From an uncultured Acidobacteriota bacterium (GTDB lineage: Bacteria > Acidobacteriota > JAQAZP01), in the NCBI GenBank assembly GCA_963836075.1, contig CAWIIB010000001.1:96001-160000 (forward strand): a stretch of DNA of 64,000 bases, written 5' to 3'. Made by a program: the position numbers and the translations under genes. The notes beneath the pieces are model-generated. The model had not been told where the DNA came from. It searched no databases and worked only from the letters and a program-made list of their open reading frames with translations. The number at the start of each line of letters is the position of its first letter. Within the stretch, counting starts at the first letter, position 1. Of the stretch, positions 1 through 10,660 are shown piece after piece.

Positions 1-2
1 TC

Positions 3-221
3 CTGCTGCTGGTCCCGCCGGCCCTTGGCCTGTTCCCGGGGCAGCAGGTGCTGGTGGCTGGAACCGCTCTGGGCCTGGGTACGCATTTGCTGGCCGACCA
101 GCTGTCCAACCCGGTCACCGGCCGGGCGTACTTCCTGATCCACCGCTGGCGAAACGGGTTCCGGCGTTCGGCATTCTTTGATCCCGCGGCCCTGGAACGG
201 CGCCGCCGGCGGCCGGTTTGA
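3..221 (+). CDS. 3' end of a hypothetical membrane protein (possible metal-dependent hydrolase family), truncated by the window edge
   Basis: Open frame LLLVPPALGLFPGQQVLVAGTALGLGTHLLADQLSNPVTGRAYFLIHRWRNGF ending at TGA 219-221; hydrophobic segment followed by HLLAD. Confidence 0.55.
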   Translation: MLLVPPALGLFPGQQVLVAGTALGLGTHLLADQLSNPVTGRAYFLIHRWRNGFRRSAFFDPAALERRRRRPV

Positions 222-246
222 CACCCCCCGGCCCGCCCGCTAAAAT
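218..246 (+). promoter_or_regulatory. sigma70-type promoter of dnaB
   Basis: TTGACA(218-223)-17 bp-TAAAAT(241-246). Confidence 0.75.
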
Positions 247-313
247 CCACTTTTCACGGAATCCACTATCCATCGTCCGCAGTGCGGAATCGCCCAGACA
301 TCGGAGTAGGCCC

Positions 314-1681
314 ATGCCAGCACCCCCCCCGGGCAGCCAGAGATCCATGCCGCGCAACCTGGAAGCCGAGCAATCCGTGCTCGGGGCCATCATTCTTGAC
401 GAGCAGTGCCTGGACAGCGTTCTCGATATCCTCTCCGTCGAGGACTTCTACCAGGAGGGGCACCGCATCGTCTTCGACACCATGTGCCGCATGGTGGACC
501 GGGCGAGGCCCATCGACCTGGTGACCCTCAACGAGGAGCTGGAGCGGTCGGGTCAGCTGGAGAAGGCCGGCGGCACGCCCTATGTGGCCCAGCTGGCGGA
601 CGGGATGCCCCGCACGGTGAACGTGGAGCACTACGCCACCATCGTCAGGGAGCGGGCCACGCTGCGAGCGCTGATCCGGGGCAGCGAGCAGATCATCGAA
701 AGCTGCTTCGGTTCCGACGATGAGCCGGCCGAGATCCTCGACCGGGCGGAAAATGCCATCTTCGAGATCTCGGAAGGCCGGCAGCGCACCGGGTTCAGCG
801 AACTGAGCGGGTTGGTGCAGGAGGGCCTGCGCAAGCTGGAGGAGGCCCAGCAGGAGGGGTCGGGATACGGGGGCCTGGCCACCGGTTTCGAGCGGCTGGA
901 CGAACTGACCAACGGCCTGCAGGCCGGTGAGCTGATCATCATTGCCGCCCGCCCCAGCATGGGCAAGACCGCCATGGCGCTGAACATCGCTCAGCACGCC
1001 GCGCTGCGGCTGGGGAAGAATGCCGCCATCTTCAGCCTCGAGATGTCGGCGGCCCAGCTGGCCCAGCGGCTGCTCTGCACCCGGGCTCGCGTGGATTCTC
1101 AAAAAGTGCGGCGGAAAATGCTGCGGCCCGAGGATTGGCAGAAGCTGGCCGAGGCCGCGGGGCGGCTCTCCACCGCGGGCATCTTCATCGATGACTCTCC
1201 GGGCATCAACGCCCTGGAAATCCGGACCAAGGCCCGCCGGCTGAAAATGGAGAAGGGCCTCGACCTGGTGATCGTCGACTACCTGCAGCTGATGCAGGGG
1301 GTGGGGCGCTTTGAAAACCGCAACCTCGAGGTCTCGGCCATCTCACGGTCGCTGAAGGGGCTGGCCAAGGAACTGAACGTGCCGCTGATCGCCCTCTCCC
1401 AGTTGAGCCGTGCTCCGGAAAGCAGGAGCAACCGCCGGCCCCAGCTGTCCGATCTCCGCGAGTCGGGGTCCCTGGAGCAGGACGCCGATGTGGTGGCCTT
1501 TATCTACCGTGAAGAGCAACACAACCCCACCGATGAAAACGAGGGCCAGGCGGAGCTGATCCTCTCCAAGCAGAGAAACGGTCCCACCGATAATGTGGAA
1601 CTGGTGTTCATAAAAGAGTACACTTGTTTCGAGAATAAATCATATCGGCAGGATTTCATCGGACCGGAATCCCCCCTCTGA
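314..1681 (+). CDS. dnaB: replicative DNA helicase
   Basis: PRNLEAEQSVLG N-terminus, Walker A AARPSMGKT, IVDYLQLM, LSQLSR, SDLRESGSLEQDAD; ATG 314 after GGAG; no intein. Confidence 0.97.
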   Translation: MPAPPPGSQRSMPRNLEAEQSVLGAIILDEQCLDSVLDILSVEDFYQEGHRIVFDTMCRMVDRARPIDLVTLNEELERSGQLEKAGGTPYVAQLADGMPRTVNVEHYATIVRERATLRALIRGSEQIIESCFGSDDEPAEILDRAENAIFEISEGRQRTGFSELSGLVQEGLRKLEEAQQEGSGYGGLATGFERLDELTNGLQAGELIIIAARPSMGKTAMALNIAQHAALRLGKNAAIFSLEMSAAQLAQRLLCTRARVDSQKVRRKMLRPEDWQKLAEAAGRLSTAGIFIDDSPGINALEIRTKARRLKMEKGLDLVIVDYLQLMQGVGRFENRNLEVSAISRSLKGLAKELNVPLIALSQLSRAPESRSNRRPQLSDLRESGSLEQDADVVAFIYREEQHNPTDENEGQAELILSKQRNGPTDNVELVFIKEYTCFENKSYRQDFIGPESPL

Positions 1682-1789
1682 TCGCATCTGTTCAGATTTT
1701 CCAGCCACAGTGCGGCGTTCAGGCGTTCACGGGGCCGGTCCCGGGTGAAGGCACCGGTCCGGCCCCTAAGCAAGGAGTTTCATATCAAG

Positions 1790-2869
1790 ATGAATTTCAT
1801 AGTTGCCCGCACGGTTTTTTTCATACTCTGCTGTCTTATCGGCGCGTTCATCCGCCCCTTCGGGCTTGAGCCGATCTTCGGTGCCCTGGTGGGGGCGGCG
1901 GTGGCCGGGGCGATGGTCAGCATCGAGTTCCGGGTCCGCACCATGCCGTTCCAGATCCTCGCCGGATCGTTTCTCGGCTTTCTCTCCGGTTTCGGAGTGG
2001 GGGTCCTGCTCAGCTACTCACTGGAGCGGCTCTCCTTCTTTCCCGCCGGCCCGATGCTCTTCGCGTTCCAGGTGCTGCTGCTCACCACCCTGAGCTACAT
2101 GGGGTTTGCCGTGGGCGCCCGCAAGGGGGAGGAATTGAGCCTCCGCGACCTGCAGGTGCTGTTCAAGGACGGCGAGGGCCCGGGGAGCCACAAGATCCTC
2201 GACACCAGCGTGATCATCGACGGCCGGATTGCCGATCTCTGCGAGACCGGTTTTCTGGAGGGCGTCCTGGTCCTGCCCCAGTTCATCCTCCGCGAGCTCC
2301 AGTCGGTGGCCGACTCCTCCGATTCGCTCAAGCGCAACCGCGGCCGACGCGGTCTGGACATCCTGCACCGCATCCAGAAGATCAGCTCCGTCGAGGTCCA
2401 GATCACCGAGGAGGAATACACCCAGATCAAGGAGGTGGACCTCAAACTGATCGAACAGGCCCTGGACACCGGGGCCAAGATCGTGACCAACGATTTCAAT
2501 CTGAACAAGGTGTGCCAGCTGCGCGGGGTGGCGGTGCTCAACATCAACGAGCTGGCCAATGCCTTGAAACCGGTGGTGCTCCCCGGCGAGGGGATGAAGG
2601 TTTTCATCCTCAAGGAGGGCAAGGACGCCTCCCAGGGGGTGGCCTATCTCGACGACGGCACCATGGTGGTGGTGGATCACGCCCGGAAGTATATCGGCAA
2701 GACCATCGACATCACGGTCACCAGCGTGCTGCAGACCACGGCGGGCAAGATGATTTTCGGCCGTTACGAATCGGTGGTGGAAGAACCGGCTTCCGGACAG
2801 AACGATGGACCGGCGGACCGCCGTCCGCGGCGGAACAACGGCGCCCCACGCAGCGTGAAATCAGCTTGA
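1790..2869 (+). CDS. PIN/TRAM-domain membrane protein (YacL family)
   Basis: N-terminal TM helices, KILDTSVIIDGRI, RGRRGLDIL, TNDFNLNKV, GVAYLDDGTMVVV TRAM domain. Confidence 0.92.
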   Translation: MNFIVARTVFFILCCLIGAFIRPFGLEPIFGALVGAAVAGAMVSIEFRVRTMPFQILAGSFLGFLSGFGVGVLLSYSLERLSFFPAGPMLFAFQVLLLTTLSYMGFAVGARKGEELSLRDLQVLFKDGEGPGSHKILDTSVIIDGRIADLCETGFLEGVLVLPQFILRELQSVADSSDSLKRNRGRRGLDILHRIQKISSVEVQITEEEYTQIKEVDLKLIEQALDTGAKIVTNDFNLNKVCQLRGVAVLNINELANALKPVVLPGEGMKVFILKEGKDASQGVAYLDDGTMVVVDHARKYIGKTIDITVTSVLQTTAGKMIFGRYESVVEEPASGQNDGPADRRPRRNNGAPRSVKSA

Positions 2870-3844
2870 GGACAAGGTGAAGGTCAGCTCCGCCGGGCCC
2901 AGGCTGATCCGGCCGCCGGGCTGAAGCTCGGAGCGCTGTATCCGCTTGCCGTCAAGTTTCGTCCCGTTGGCGCTGCCCAGGTCCTCCAGCACGAACTTTC
3001 CCTTCTCGAAGCGGATCTGCGCGTGGTAGCGCGAGATCTCCTCCGACTTCAGCGACAGGGTGTTCTTGGTCGAGCGCCCGATGGTGAAGGGGTAGCCCTC
3101 GATGGGCACCTCCCGGGACTGGTCGAGGTAGTTGAGGGTCACGGCGGCCGGGGGCGCATCCTTGCCGCCCACGGTGACGTGGCTGGCGCCGCCGCCGGTC
3201 TCCATGCCCGCCGGGTCGCCGAACAGCGCCATGGGATTGGCATCGCCGGCAGCGGCAGCGGTGGAGGAGAGTTCGTCGGCGCTGCGAATGTCCAAGGTCT
3301 CGTCCAGCGCCGGAGCGGCGGTGGGGTGGGTCCCGTCCCCCGGGGGCGCGATGGCGGCGGGCAGGGGCTGGGTGTCGGTGATCACCGGCGGGCGCTGGCC
3401 CGAGCCGGCCACGGTGCTGTTGCCGAGGATCGTTTCGGCGCCGGCAACCTGTGAGCGCACCTCTTCCAGGCGAGTCCCGATCTCCTGCCGTTTTTCCTTT
3501 TCACCGGCCATCTGCGCGGCGAAGTCCTCCTCCGATTCGAATTCACCGATGTAGCGGCGAAGTTCCAGTTCCTCGATGGACTGGTCGGCCAGCTCTGCAT
3601 CGCCGGTCAGCCGGAGCAGTTCCGACTTCAGCGAGGCCAGGTCACTGCGCAGCGATTCAGCGGCGGCATCCAGGGCGTGCTCCGCGTCGCGAATTTTTCC
3701 GTCGTATTCCGCGGTGAGTTTGGCGTAGGTCTCGCTGCGCACCTGGTCCTTGCGTTCCTCGATCTTCTCCCGCCGGTCCCGCAGCTGGTCCAGTTCGGCA
3801 GTGAGGCGATCCAGTGATTCCAGAACCGTGCGGAATTCGTTCAT
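2861..3844 (-). CDS. coiled-coil (CdvA-like) plus C-terminal FHA-domain protein
   Basis: FHA motifs TIGRS, ISRYHAQI, EDLGSANGT; long N-terminal coiled coil; ATG 3844. Confidence 0.85.
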   Translation of the reverse strand: MNEFRTVLESLDRLTAELDQLRDRREKIEERKDQVRSETYAKLTAEYDGKIRDAEHALDAAAESLRSDLASLKSELLRLTGDAELADQSIEELELRRYIGEFESEEDFAAQMAGEKEKRQEIGTRLEEVRSQVAGAETILGNSTVAGSGQRPPVITDTQPLPAAIAPPGDGTHPTAAPALDETLDIRSADELSSTAAAAGDANPMALFGDPAGMETGGGASHVTVGGKDAPPAAVTLNYLDQSREVPIEGYPFTIGRSTKNTLSLKSEEISRYHAQIRFEKGKFVLEDLGSANGTKLDGKRIQRSELQPGGRISLGPAELTFTLSSS

Positions 3845-3951
3845 CCCTCTTGCTCCCTTGCCGGCCCGGGGCGCCAGGGCCCGGACCACCGGGGCCGGCG
3901 GGGTGAGTGGCCTCCTCCCGCCGGTTCCGGCTGGTCAGATCAGTGAGCTGT

Positions 3952-4824
3952 TCAGCGTCCCAGCGCCTCCAGCACCCGGTCGCCCAGGTCAGCGGGGCTC
4001 TCGCAGACCGTGATGCCGGCCTCGCGCAGAGCGGCCATCTTTTCCGCCGCGGTGCCCTTGCCCCCGGAGATGATGGCGCCGGCGTGGCCCATCCGTTTCC
4101 CCGGAGGGGCCGTGGCGCCGGCGATGAAGGCCACCACCGGCTTGGTCACGTGCTCCTTGACGTAGGCCGCGGCTTCCTCTTCGGCGGTGCCGCCGATCTC
4201 GCCGATCATCACCACCGCTTTGGTCTCGTCGTCCTTCTGGAACAGTTCGAGGCAGTCGATGAAGTTGGTGCCGTTCACCGGGTCACCGCCGATGCCGATG
4301 CAGGTGGACTGGCCCAGGCCGCGGGTGGTCACCTGGTGCACCGCTTCGTAGGTCAGGGTGCCGCTGCGCGAGATCACGCCAACCTCGCCCTCGCGGTGGA
4401 CGAATCCGGGCATGATCCCGATTTTCGCCTTGCCCGGGGAGATGACGCCGGGGCAGTTGGGGCCCACCAGGCGGGTTTTCTTGCCCTCCATGTAGCGGCG
4501 GACGGTGACCATGTCGATGGTGGGAATCCCCTCGGTGATACAGATCACCAGGTCCAGCCCGGCGTCCACCGCCTCCATGATCGCGTCGGCGGCAAAGGGC
4601 GGGGGAACGAAGATCACCGAGGCGTTGGCTCCCTGGGCTGCTACGGCCTCGGCCACCGTGTCATAGACCGGACGGTCCAGCACGGTCTGGCCGCCCTTGC
4701 CCGGGGTGACCCCGGCCACCACCTTGGTGCCGTACTCGATCATCTGCTCGGCGTGGAACATGCCTTCCTTGCCGGTGAACCCCTGGACCACCAGCCGTGT
4801 ATTCGAATCAACAAGAATGCTCAT
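3952..4824 (-). CDS. sucD: succinyl-CoA synthetase alpha subunit
   Basis: [42 protein letters not shown] phospho-His motif. Confidence 0.97.
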   Translation of the reverse strand: MSILVDSNTRLVVQGFTGKEGMFHAEQMIEYGTKVVAGVTPGKGGQTVLDRPVYDTVAEAVAAQGANASVIFVPPPFAADAIMEAVDAGLDLVICITEGIPTIDMVTVRRYMEGKKTRLVGPNCPGVISPGKAKIGIMPGFVHREGEVGVISRSGTLTYEAVHQVTTRGLGQSTCIGIGGDPVNGTNFIDCLELFQKDDETKAVVMIGEIGGTAEEEAAAYVKEHVTKPVVAFIAGATAPPGKRMGHAGAIISGGKGTAAEKMAALREAGITVCESPADLGDRVLEALGR

Positions 4825-4859
4825 TGCTCTTACCTTCTCCTCCAAGAGGAATTTCCGCG

Positions 4860-6023
4860 TCAGGCGGAAACCTTGACCACCATCTCTGCGGCTTCAGCCA
4901 GGCTGCTCGCCACCTCGAAGCTGAGGTCCGACTCCTCGAGGATCTTCTTCGCCTCGACGGCGTTGGTCCCCTCCAGCCGGATCACCATCGGCGGCAGGTC
5001 GCCTTCCATGCTGCTCAGCCCCTCGATCACGCCCCGGGCCACCCGGTCGCAGCGGACGATGCCGCCGAAGATATTGATCAGCACCGCCTTGACGTTGGGG
5101 TCGGCGGTGATGATGCGGAAGGCGCTGCTCACCGTCTCCGCATTGGCCGTGCCGCCCACGTCGAGGAAGTTGGCCGGGCTGCCGCCGGCCAGCTTGATGA
5201 TGTCCATGGTGGCCATGGCCAGGCCGGCGCCGTTGACCATGCAGCCCACGGTGCCGTCAAGCTTGATGTAGTTCAGGTTGTATTTCGAAGCCTCGATCTC
5301 CAGCGGCTCCTCTTCCTCCAGGTCGCGGTATTCGAGGATATCCTTGTGCCGGAACAGTGCGTTGTCGTCAAAGCTCAGCTTGGCGTCCAGGGCTACGACC
5401 TCGTTGTCGCCGGTGATCACCAGCGGGTTGATCTCCACCATCGAGGCGTCGGTGGCGGTGAACACCTTGTAGAGCTTGAGGATCGCTTTGGCCAGGTTAC
5501 CCGCGGCCTTCTTGTCCAGGTCGAGGGCAAAGGCCAGTTTGCGGGCCTGGAAGGGCAGCAGGCCGGTGGCCGGGTCCACGTGCTCCTTGATGATCGCCTC
5601 CGGCGTCTCGGCGGCCACCTTTTCGATCTCCATGCCGCCGGCGGCACTGAGCATCACCAGCGGGCGGGAGGCGGCGCGGTCCACCAGGATGCCGAGGTAG
5701 AGTTCCTGGGCGATGTCCAGGCCTTCCTCCACCAGCAGCCGTTTGACTTCCTTGCCCTCCGGGCCGGTCTGGTGGGTCACCAGGGTCATGCCCAGAATCT
5801 CACCGGCCAGCTGCTTCGCTTCCTCGACACTGTCGGCCAGCTTCACGCCGCCGCCCTTGCCGCGGCCGCCGGCGTGGATCTGTGCCTTGACCACCACCTT
5901 GTCGCTGCCCAGCTCCCGGGCCACCTTTTCGGCCTCTTCAACGCTGAACGCCGCCTCGCCCCGGGGCACGGGGACCCCGAACTTTCTCAGAACGGCCTTG
6001 GCCTGGTACTCGTGAATCTTCAT
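4860..6023 (-). CDS. sucC: succinyl-CoA synthetase beta subunit
   Basis: [48 protein letters not shown]. Confidence 0.97.
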   Translation of the reverse strand: MKIHEYQAKAVLRKFGVPVPRGEAAFSVEEAEKVARELGSDKVVVKAQIHAGGRGKGGGVKLADSVEEAKQLAGEILGMTLVTHQTGPEGKEVKRLLVEEGLDIAQELYLGILVDRAASRPLVMLSAAGGMEIEKVAAETPEAIIKEHVDPATGLLPFQARKLAFALDLDKKAAGNLAKAILKLYKVFTATDASMVEINPLVITGDNEVVALDAKLSFDDNALFRHKDILEYRDLEEEEPLEIEASKYNLNYIKLDGTVGCMVNGAGLAMATMDIIKLAGGSPANFLDVGGTANAETVSSAFRIITADPNVKAVLINIFGGIVRCDRVARGVIEGLSSMEGDLPPMVIRLEGTNAVEAKKILEESDLSFEVASSLAEAAEMVVKVSA

Positions 6024-6164
6024 CAATGCACTCCTGGATGGAAACGGTTGGTACATCCGGAGTCCGGCCGGTTCCGCGGGTGGCGGAAATCCGGTTCGGC
6101 ACCGGATGCCGGATATTTATAAACCTATCATATGCTTAGGCTTACAATCGTCTCGACGGCGGAA

Positions 6165-6194
6165 ACCATAGCAGAAGCAGCAGGTTGTTGTCAA
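6165..6194 (-). promoter_or_regulatory. sigma70-type promoter of sucCD
   Basis: Minus strand TTGACA-18 bp-TATGGT with TGn extension. Confidence 0.55.
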
Positions 6195-7557
6195 GATTTC
6201 GGGCCGGCCTTGCGCTTGCGGCGGCGGATTTCCTCCCAGCGGTCACGAAATCGCTGCTCCATCCCCTCGCTGGTGGGGCGGTAGTAGCGGCGGCCGGCCA
6301 GGTTTTCCGGCAGGCAGTCCATGTCCGCCACCCCCTCCTCGAGGTCGTGGGCGTACTGGTAGCCCCGGCCGTAGCCGGCGGATTTCATCAGCCTGGTGGG
6401 GGCGTTTCTGATGTGCAGCGGCACGGGCAGTGCCGGGTGGCGCTGGATGTCCTTGCGCACCCTGGACCAGGCGGTGTAGATGGCGTTGCTCTTGGGGGTC
6501 AGGGCGAGGTAGACCGCCGCTTCGGCCAGGGCCAGTTCGCCCTCCGGCAGGCCGATGAAGTGCACGGCGTCACGGGCGCTGAGGACCACCCGCAGGGCAT
6601 TGGGGTCGGCCAGCCCCACGTCTTCGGAGGCGAAGCGGACCAGCCGGCGGGCGATGTAGAGCGGGTCCTCCCCGCCGTCCAGCATCCGTCCCAGCCAGTA
6701 GAGCGCTGCGTCGGGGTCGCTGTTGCGCAGGCTCTTGTGCAGGGCGGAGATGATGTTGAAGTGCTCATCGCCGCCCTTGTCGTAATAGAGCGTTTTGCGT
6801 GCGGCCACGCCGGCAACCGTCTCCTGGTCGATGACCAGCTCCCCCCCGGGACCGGGGTCGCGGCTCTCGGCCAGACGGGCGGAGGCCTCGAGCAGGTTCA
6901 GGGCACGGCGGGCGTCACCGTCGGCCAGGGCGGCGATCCGCTCCAGGGCCGCCCCGCCGGCCGAGAGGGGAAGGCGAGCCCAGCCCCTGTTCCTTGTCCA
7001 GCAGGGCCCGGGAGAGGACCTGCTTCATCTCCTCCACGTCCAGCGGCTGGAGTATGTGCACTGCCAGGCGTGAGAGCAGCGGGCCGATCACCTCGAACGA
7101 CGGGTTTTCCGTGGTGGCGCCGATGAGCACGATATCGCCCGATTCCACCCGGGGCAGGAAGGCGTCCTGCTGGGCCTTGTTGAAACGGTGGATCTCGTCG
7201 ACGAAGAGGATGGTCCTGGAGCCGTCCATCCTCCGTTTTCCGGCGGCCTCCTCCATCACCTGCCGCACCTCGCTGGATGCCGGCAAGGACCGCGCTGAAC
7301 TCCACGAAGCGGCTGCGGGTGGTGGCGGCGATCAGCCGGGCCAGGGTGGTCTTTCCCGAGCCGGGCGGGCCCCAGAAGATGCAGGACTGCGGGTCGTCGC
7401 GCTCCACGGCCAGGCGCAGCGGCGTTCCGGGACCGAAGACCTCGCCCTGGCCGACGAAATCGGCCAGGGTGGACGGGCGCATCCGGTCGGCCAGGGGCCG
7501 GTCCGCCGCAGCGCCGCCCTCGAGATTTATCAGATCCCGCTGGCCCGGGGGTTTCAT
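6191..7557 (-). CDS. rarA: replication-associated recombination protein A (RarA/MgsA); split by two +1 frameshifts near 7275 and 6968, probably sequence errors
   Basis: PLADRMRP, WGPPGSGKTT, LFVDEIHRFNKAQQD, GATTENPSF, ISALHKSLRNSDPDAA, ASEDVGLADP distributed over three frames. Confidence 0.9.
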
Positions 7558-8414
7558 CGGTGCGGCCCTCCCGCCGGCGGGAAGCGGTAGCCGCGCTGCC
7601 GGGCAGCCTCGTAGAGCAGCACGGCGGCGGCCGACCCGACGTTGAGCGAATCGGCTCCGTGGCGCATCGGTATGCTCACCGTCAGATCGGCGGCGGCGAT
7701 ATCGGTGGCGGTCAGGCCTTCGCCTTCGCGGCCCATGAGCAGGGCGAAGGGGCTGCGCAGGTCGCACTCCTGGAGCGGGGTGCCCTCCAGGTGGGCGGCC
7801 ACAACCCTCATCCCCCTGGAGCGGCAGAACGCCAAGGCCAGCTCCAGTGAACCGGCCACCGACACCGGGACCCGGAAGAGGGAACCCATGGCGGTCCGCA
7901 CGGTCTTGGGGTTGAAGGGGTCCACCGTCTCCGGCGTGGTGATCACCCCGTCCGCTCCCGAGGCGTCGGTGGAACGAAAAATCGCCCCGAGGTTTCCCGG
8001 GTCCTGGACCCGGTGGGCCACTACCACCGACCGTGCCGCCCAGGGCGGGAATTCACCCAGCGGGACGTCGTGCCTGGCGGCCACGGCCACCACTCCCTGG
8101 TGCGTCCTGGTTTCGTGGAGCGCGGCCATCAGACTGTCCGGGACGGCGGCCACCCGATCGGCCCGGCCGCCCAGTGTCTCGGCCAGACGCCTGCCGCGCG
8201 GGCTGCGGAACAGCCGCGGGCTGACCAGGGCAACGGGCAGGTCAACACCGGCCGCGGCGGCGTCCTCGACCAGCCGGACCCCTTCGGCGGGGTAGAGCCC
8301 CGACGAACGGCGGAACTTGGCATGTCGCAGGGCGCGCACCCGGCGGACCAGCGGGTTGTCCCTGCTCCTGATCCTTGCCATTCCCTGGGGAATCGCGGCC
8401 TCTCCGTCACCCAT
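7554..8414 (-). CDS. TrmH/SpoU family RNA methyltransferase
   Basis: VQDPGNLGAIFRS, MGREGEGL, SIPM..ADSLNV SPOUT motifs; ATG 8414 after AAGGAGG. Confidence 0.9.
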   Translation of the reverse strand: MGDGEAAIPQGMARIRSRDNPLVRRVRALRHAKFRRSSGLYPAEGVRLVEDAAAAGVDLPVALVSPRLFRSPRGRRLAETLGGRADRVAAVPDSLMAALHETRTHQGVVAVAARHDVPLGEFPPWAARSVVVAHRVQDPGNLGAIFRSTDASGADGVITTPETVDPFNPKTVRTAMGSLFRVPVSVAGSLELALAFCRSRGMRVVAAHLEGTPLQECDLRSPFALLMGREGEGLTATDIAAADLTVSIPMRHGADSLNVGSAAAVLLYEAARQRGYRFPPAGGPHR

Positions 8415-8572
8415 GGCTGCCGCCTCCTTCACGGCTCGACGTCCGGCCCCGGGCCGGACGTCACTAGCATATGTGCACCGCCTGCGGTCCGCAAGGCCGC
8501 CGGTGGACTCAACTGGTTGACTGTGATATCTTGTTCTGCTTGAACTGGTTGAGTTATAGAGGGTTGACTGCC

Positions 8573-9271
8573 GTGAGCGAGGATGTGCTGCTCAGTCTGG
8601 CACCCCTTCCGGGGACGGAATGGGAAATGGCGCTGGAACGGGCGGCCGCGGTGCTGCACGAGGGCGGTGTCGTCTCTTTTGCCACCGACACCTACTATGC
8701 CCTGGGCGCCGATCCGCTCAACGACACGGCGGTGGATCGCGTATTCAGGATCAAGCGCCGCCGCCGCACGGCGCCGCTTCCGGTGCTGGTGAGCGGATTG
8801 GACCAGGCGGAGACACTGCTGGGCGGTGCGCTCCCCCGGGCGGTGACGCCGCTGCTGGAGGCCTGCTGGCCCGGTCCCCTGACCCTGGTCCTGCCGGCCC
8901 GCCGGCCCCTGCCCCATGGGGTGGCCGGGCCGGACGGGACGGTGGGTCTGCGCTGGCCCGACTGGCCGGTGGCCCAGGCCCTGCTCCGGCGGTTCGGCGG
9001 GGCGATCACCGGCAGCAGCGCCAACCGGTCCGGTGACCACGGCCAGCATCGCGGTTCCGCCGTTCCGGCGGGCCTCGGCGGGGAAGTGGACCTGGTACTG
9101 GACACCGGCCCCTCGCCGGGCGGTCCGGGATCGACGGTGGTGGGTTTTATCGAGCACGGTGGCCGGGCGCGGCTGCGCTTGTTCCGCGCCGGCCGGATCC
9201 CTTTGGAGCGGCTGGCCGAGCTTTCCGGCCTGGAGACGGATACGTCGCCGGCCGGCAGTGACGGCAATTGA
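8573..9271 (+). CDS. tsaC: L-threonylcarbamoyladenylate synthase (TsaC/Sua5)
   Basis: ATDTYYALGAD, IKRR, WPGPLTLVL, GSSANRSG; start codon approximate. Confidence 0.85.
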   Translation: MSEDVLLSLAPLPGTEWEMALERAAAVLHEGGVVSFATDTYYALGADPLNDTAVDRVFRIKRRRRTAPLPVLVSGLDQAETLLGGALPRAVTPLLEACWPGPLTLVLPARRPLPHGVAGPDGTVGLRWPDWPVAQALLRRFGGAITGSSANRSGDHGQHRGSAVPAGLGGEVDLVLDTGPSPGGPGSTVVGFIEHGGRARLRLFRAGRIPLERLAELSGLETDTSPAGSDGN

Positions 9272-9324
9272 TTGGTGGCCGGACGGATGTTCCGGTGATA
9301 CTGAAACAACGAAGGAGATCAGCA

Positions 9325-10590
9325 GTGGGCAAGCGGACCGAATCGGCAGTCAGACTGAGCATCGCATTCATCCTCCTCCTCGCCGTGGCAGGCAGCTACG
9401 GCTGCGGGCCGAAAAAGGCAGCGGCGGCACCTGCGGCGCCGGAATCCGCGGAGGAGACCGCCAGTGTCGCTGAACCGGACGCGGAACCTGTTGCGGAGAG
9501 CAGCACCGATGTGCAGCCGGTGGCGCAGCCCGCGGCGGTTGAAGCGTCGCTGAGCGAGGAGGAGGTCTCGGCCCTCTTCCAGGAGGGCAAAAACCTCTAC
9601 CAGCTGGGCCAGGAAACCATCACCAGCGGCGGAGACCCGGTGGAGGGGCGGAGTATCCTCCAGCAGGCGGCCGATCTCTACCTGCAGATCATCGAGGGCG
9701 GAGCCGAGTCCTCCATGCGCTCCGAAGCCCTGCTGGACTACATCACGGTCAAGGACTACTTTGCCCGGAACTACCGGGATGTGGAAGGGGACATCCCGGG
9801 AGCCGTCGGGCAGTACACCGAAATTCTCTCGGCCATCGGTGACAACATCAACTCCCAGAAACAGTTCTACTACCTGGTGACCGCCGAGCTCTACCGCTTC
9901 GAGCTGGATGACCCGGTGACCGCCCGGGGACTGTACCAGCAGGCGCTGGACTACTGCGGGACCATCGAGCCGGGCAATTTCAGCAGCTGCTCCGAGTGGG
10001 AGATGCTGCAGATCCGTTACGCCCTGGATGTTCTGGGCCGTGAGTTGGACGGGGAACAGTGGCAGGGCTTCAGCAACCAGAGCCTCTCGCTGCCCAACCG
10101 GGATTTCGAAAACTACTACCTGCTGGCGGCCGGCCTGCTCGATTCGGCGGAAATGGATCCCGTCACCTGGAACAAGGAGAACGGGTACACCGACGAATTC
10201 TACGACAGCGTGACCAATCCCAAGACCCTGCTCGACGTGATCCTGATCAACTGTTTCCACGGTGAAACCCTGGCCGCCGGAGACCCGGTGCTGGGGGACA
10301 GCCTGGTGGAGAAGAACTTCCAGCGGCTGCTGGAGCAGTTCCCCGATCACCCGGCGACGATGATCATGCTGGTCAAGCAGTCGATCCACTCCAGGAAGAT
10401 GCTGCGCCCCGAGGAGGCTGACGTCTACGCCGGCATGGCCGAAGACCTGGCGGAACGGATGAACATCACGCTCATCGTCGACCAGGACGCTCCGCCGGTC
10501 CAGGACTTCCTGCGGCGGGAATACCCCTCCGCTCCGGGTGCTGAGGACGGTTCAGCCGAGGCGTTGCCGGAGACGGCTCCTTCCAACTGA
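9325..10590 (+). CDS. hypothetical acidic lipoprotein, helical-repeat-like
   Basis: GTG after GAAGGAG; hydrophobic signal with lipobox-like SYGC; Ala/Pro/Glu linker; GC3-biased codons. Confidence 0.7.
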   Translation: MGKRTESAVRLSIAFILLLAVAGSYGCGPKKAAAAPAAPESAEETASVAEPDAEPVAESSTDVQPVAQPAAVEASLSEEEVSALFQEGKNLYQLGQETITSGGDPVEGRSILQQAADLYLQIIEGGAESSMRSEALLDYITVKDYFARNYRDVEGDIPGAVGQYTEILSAIGDNINSQKQFYYLVTAELYRFELDDPVTARGLYQQALDYCGTIEPGNFSSCSEWEMLQIRYALDVLGRELDGEQWQGFSNQSLSLPNRDFENYYLLAAGLLDSAEMDPVTWNKENGYTDEFYDSVTNPKTLLDVILINCFHGETLAAGDPVLGDSLVEKNFQRLLEQFPDHPATMIMLVKQSIHSRKMLRPEEADVYAGMAEDLAERMNITLIVDQDAPPVQDFLRREYPSAPGAEDGSAEALPETAPSN

Positions 10591-10660
10591 CCGCTGCCCG
10601 GCAGCGCCGCCGGACCGCAGGGATCCGCCGCGGTCCGCTGCAGACCAATGGAGCGTCGAG

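Noticed and set aside
314-1681. Intein in DnaB
   Set aside because: Protein length (455 aa) and motif spacing are normal.
1790-2869. PIN domain as a toxin-antitoxin or defence gene
   Set aside because: The architecture is the housekeeping membrane PIN-TRAM (YacL) type, with no antitoxin.
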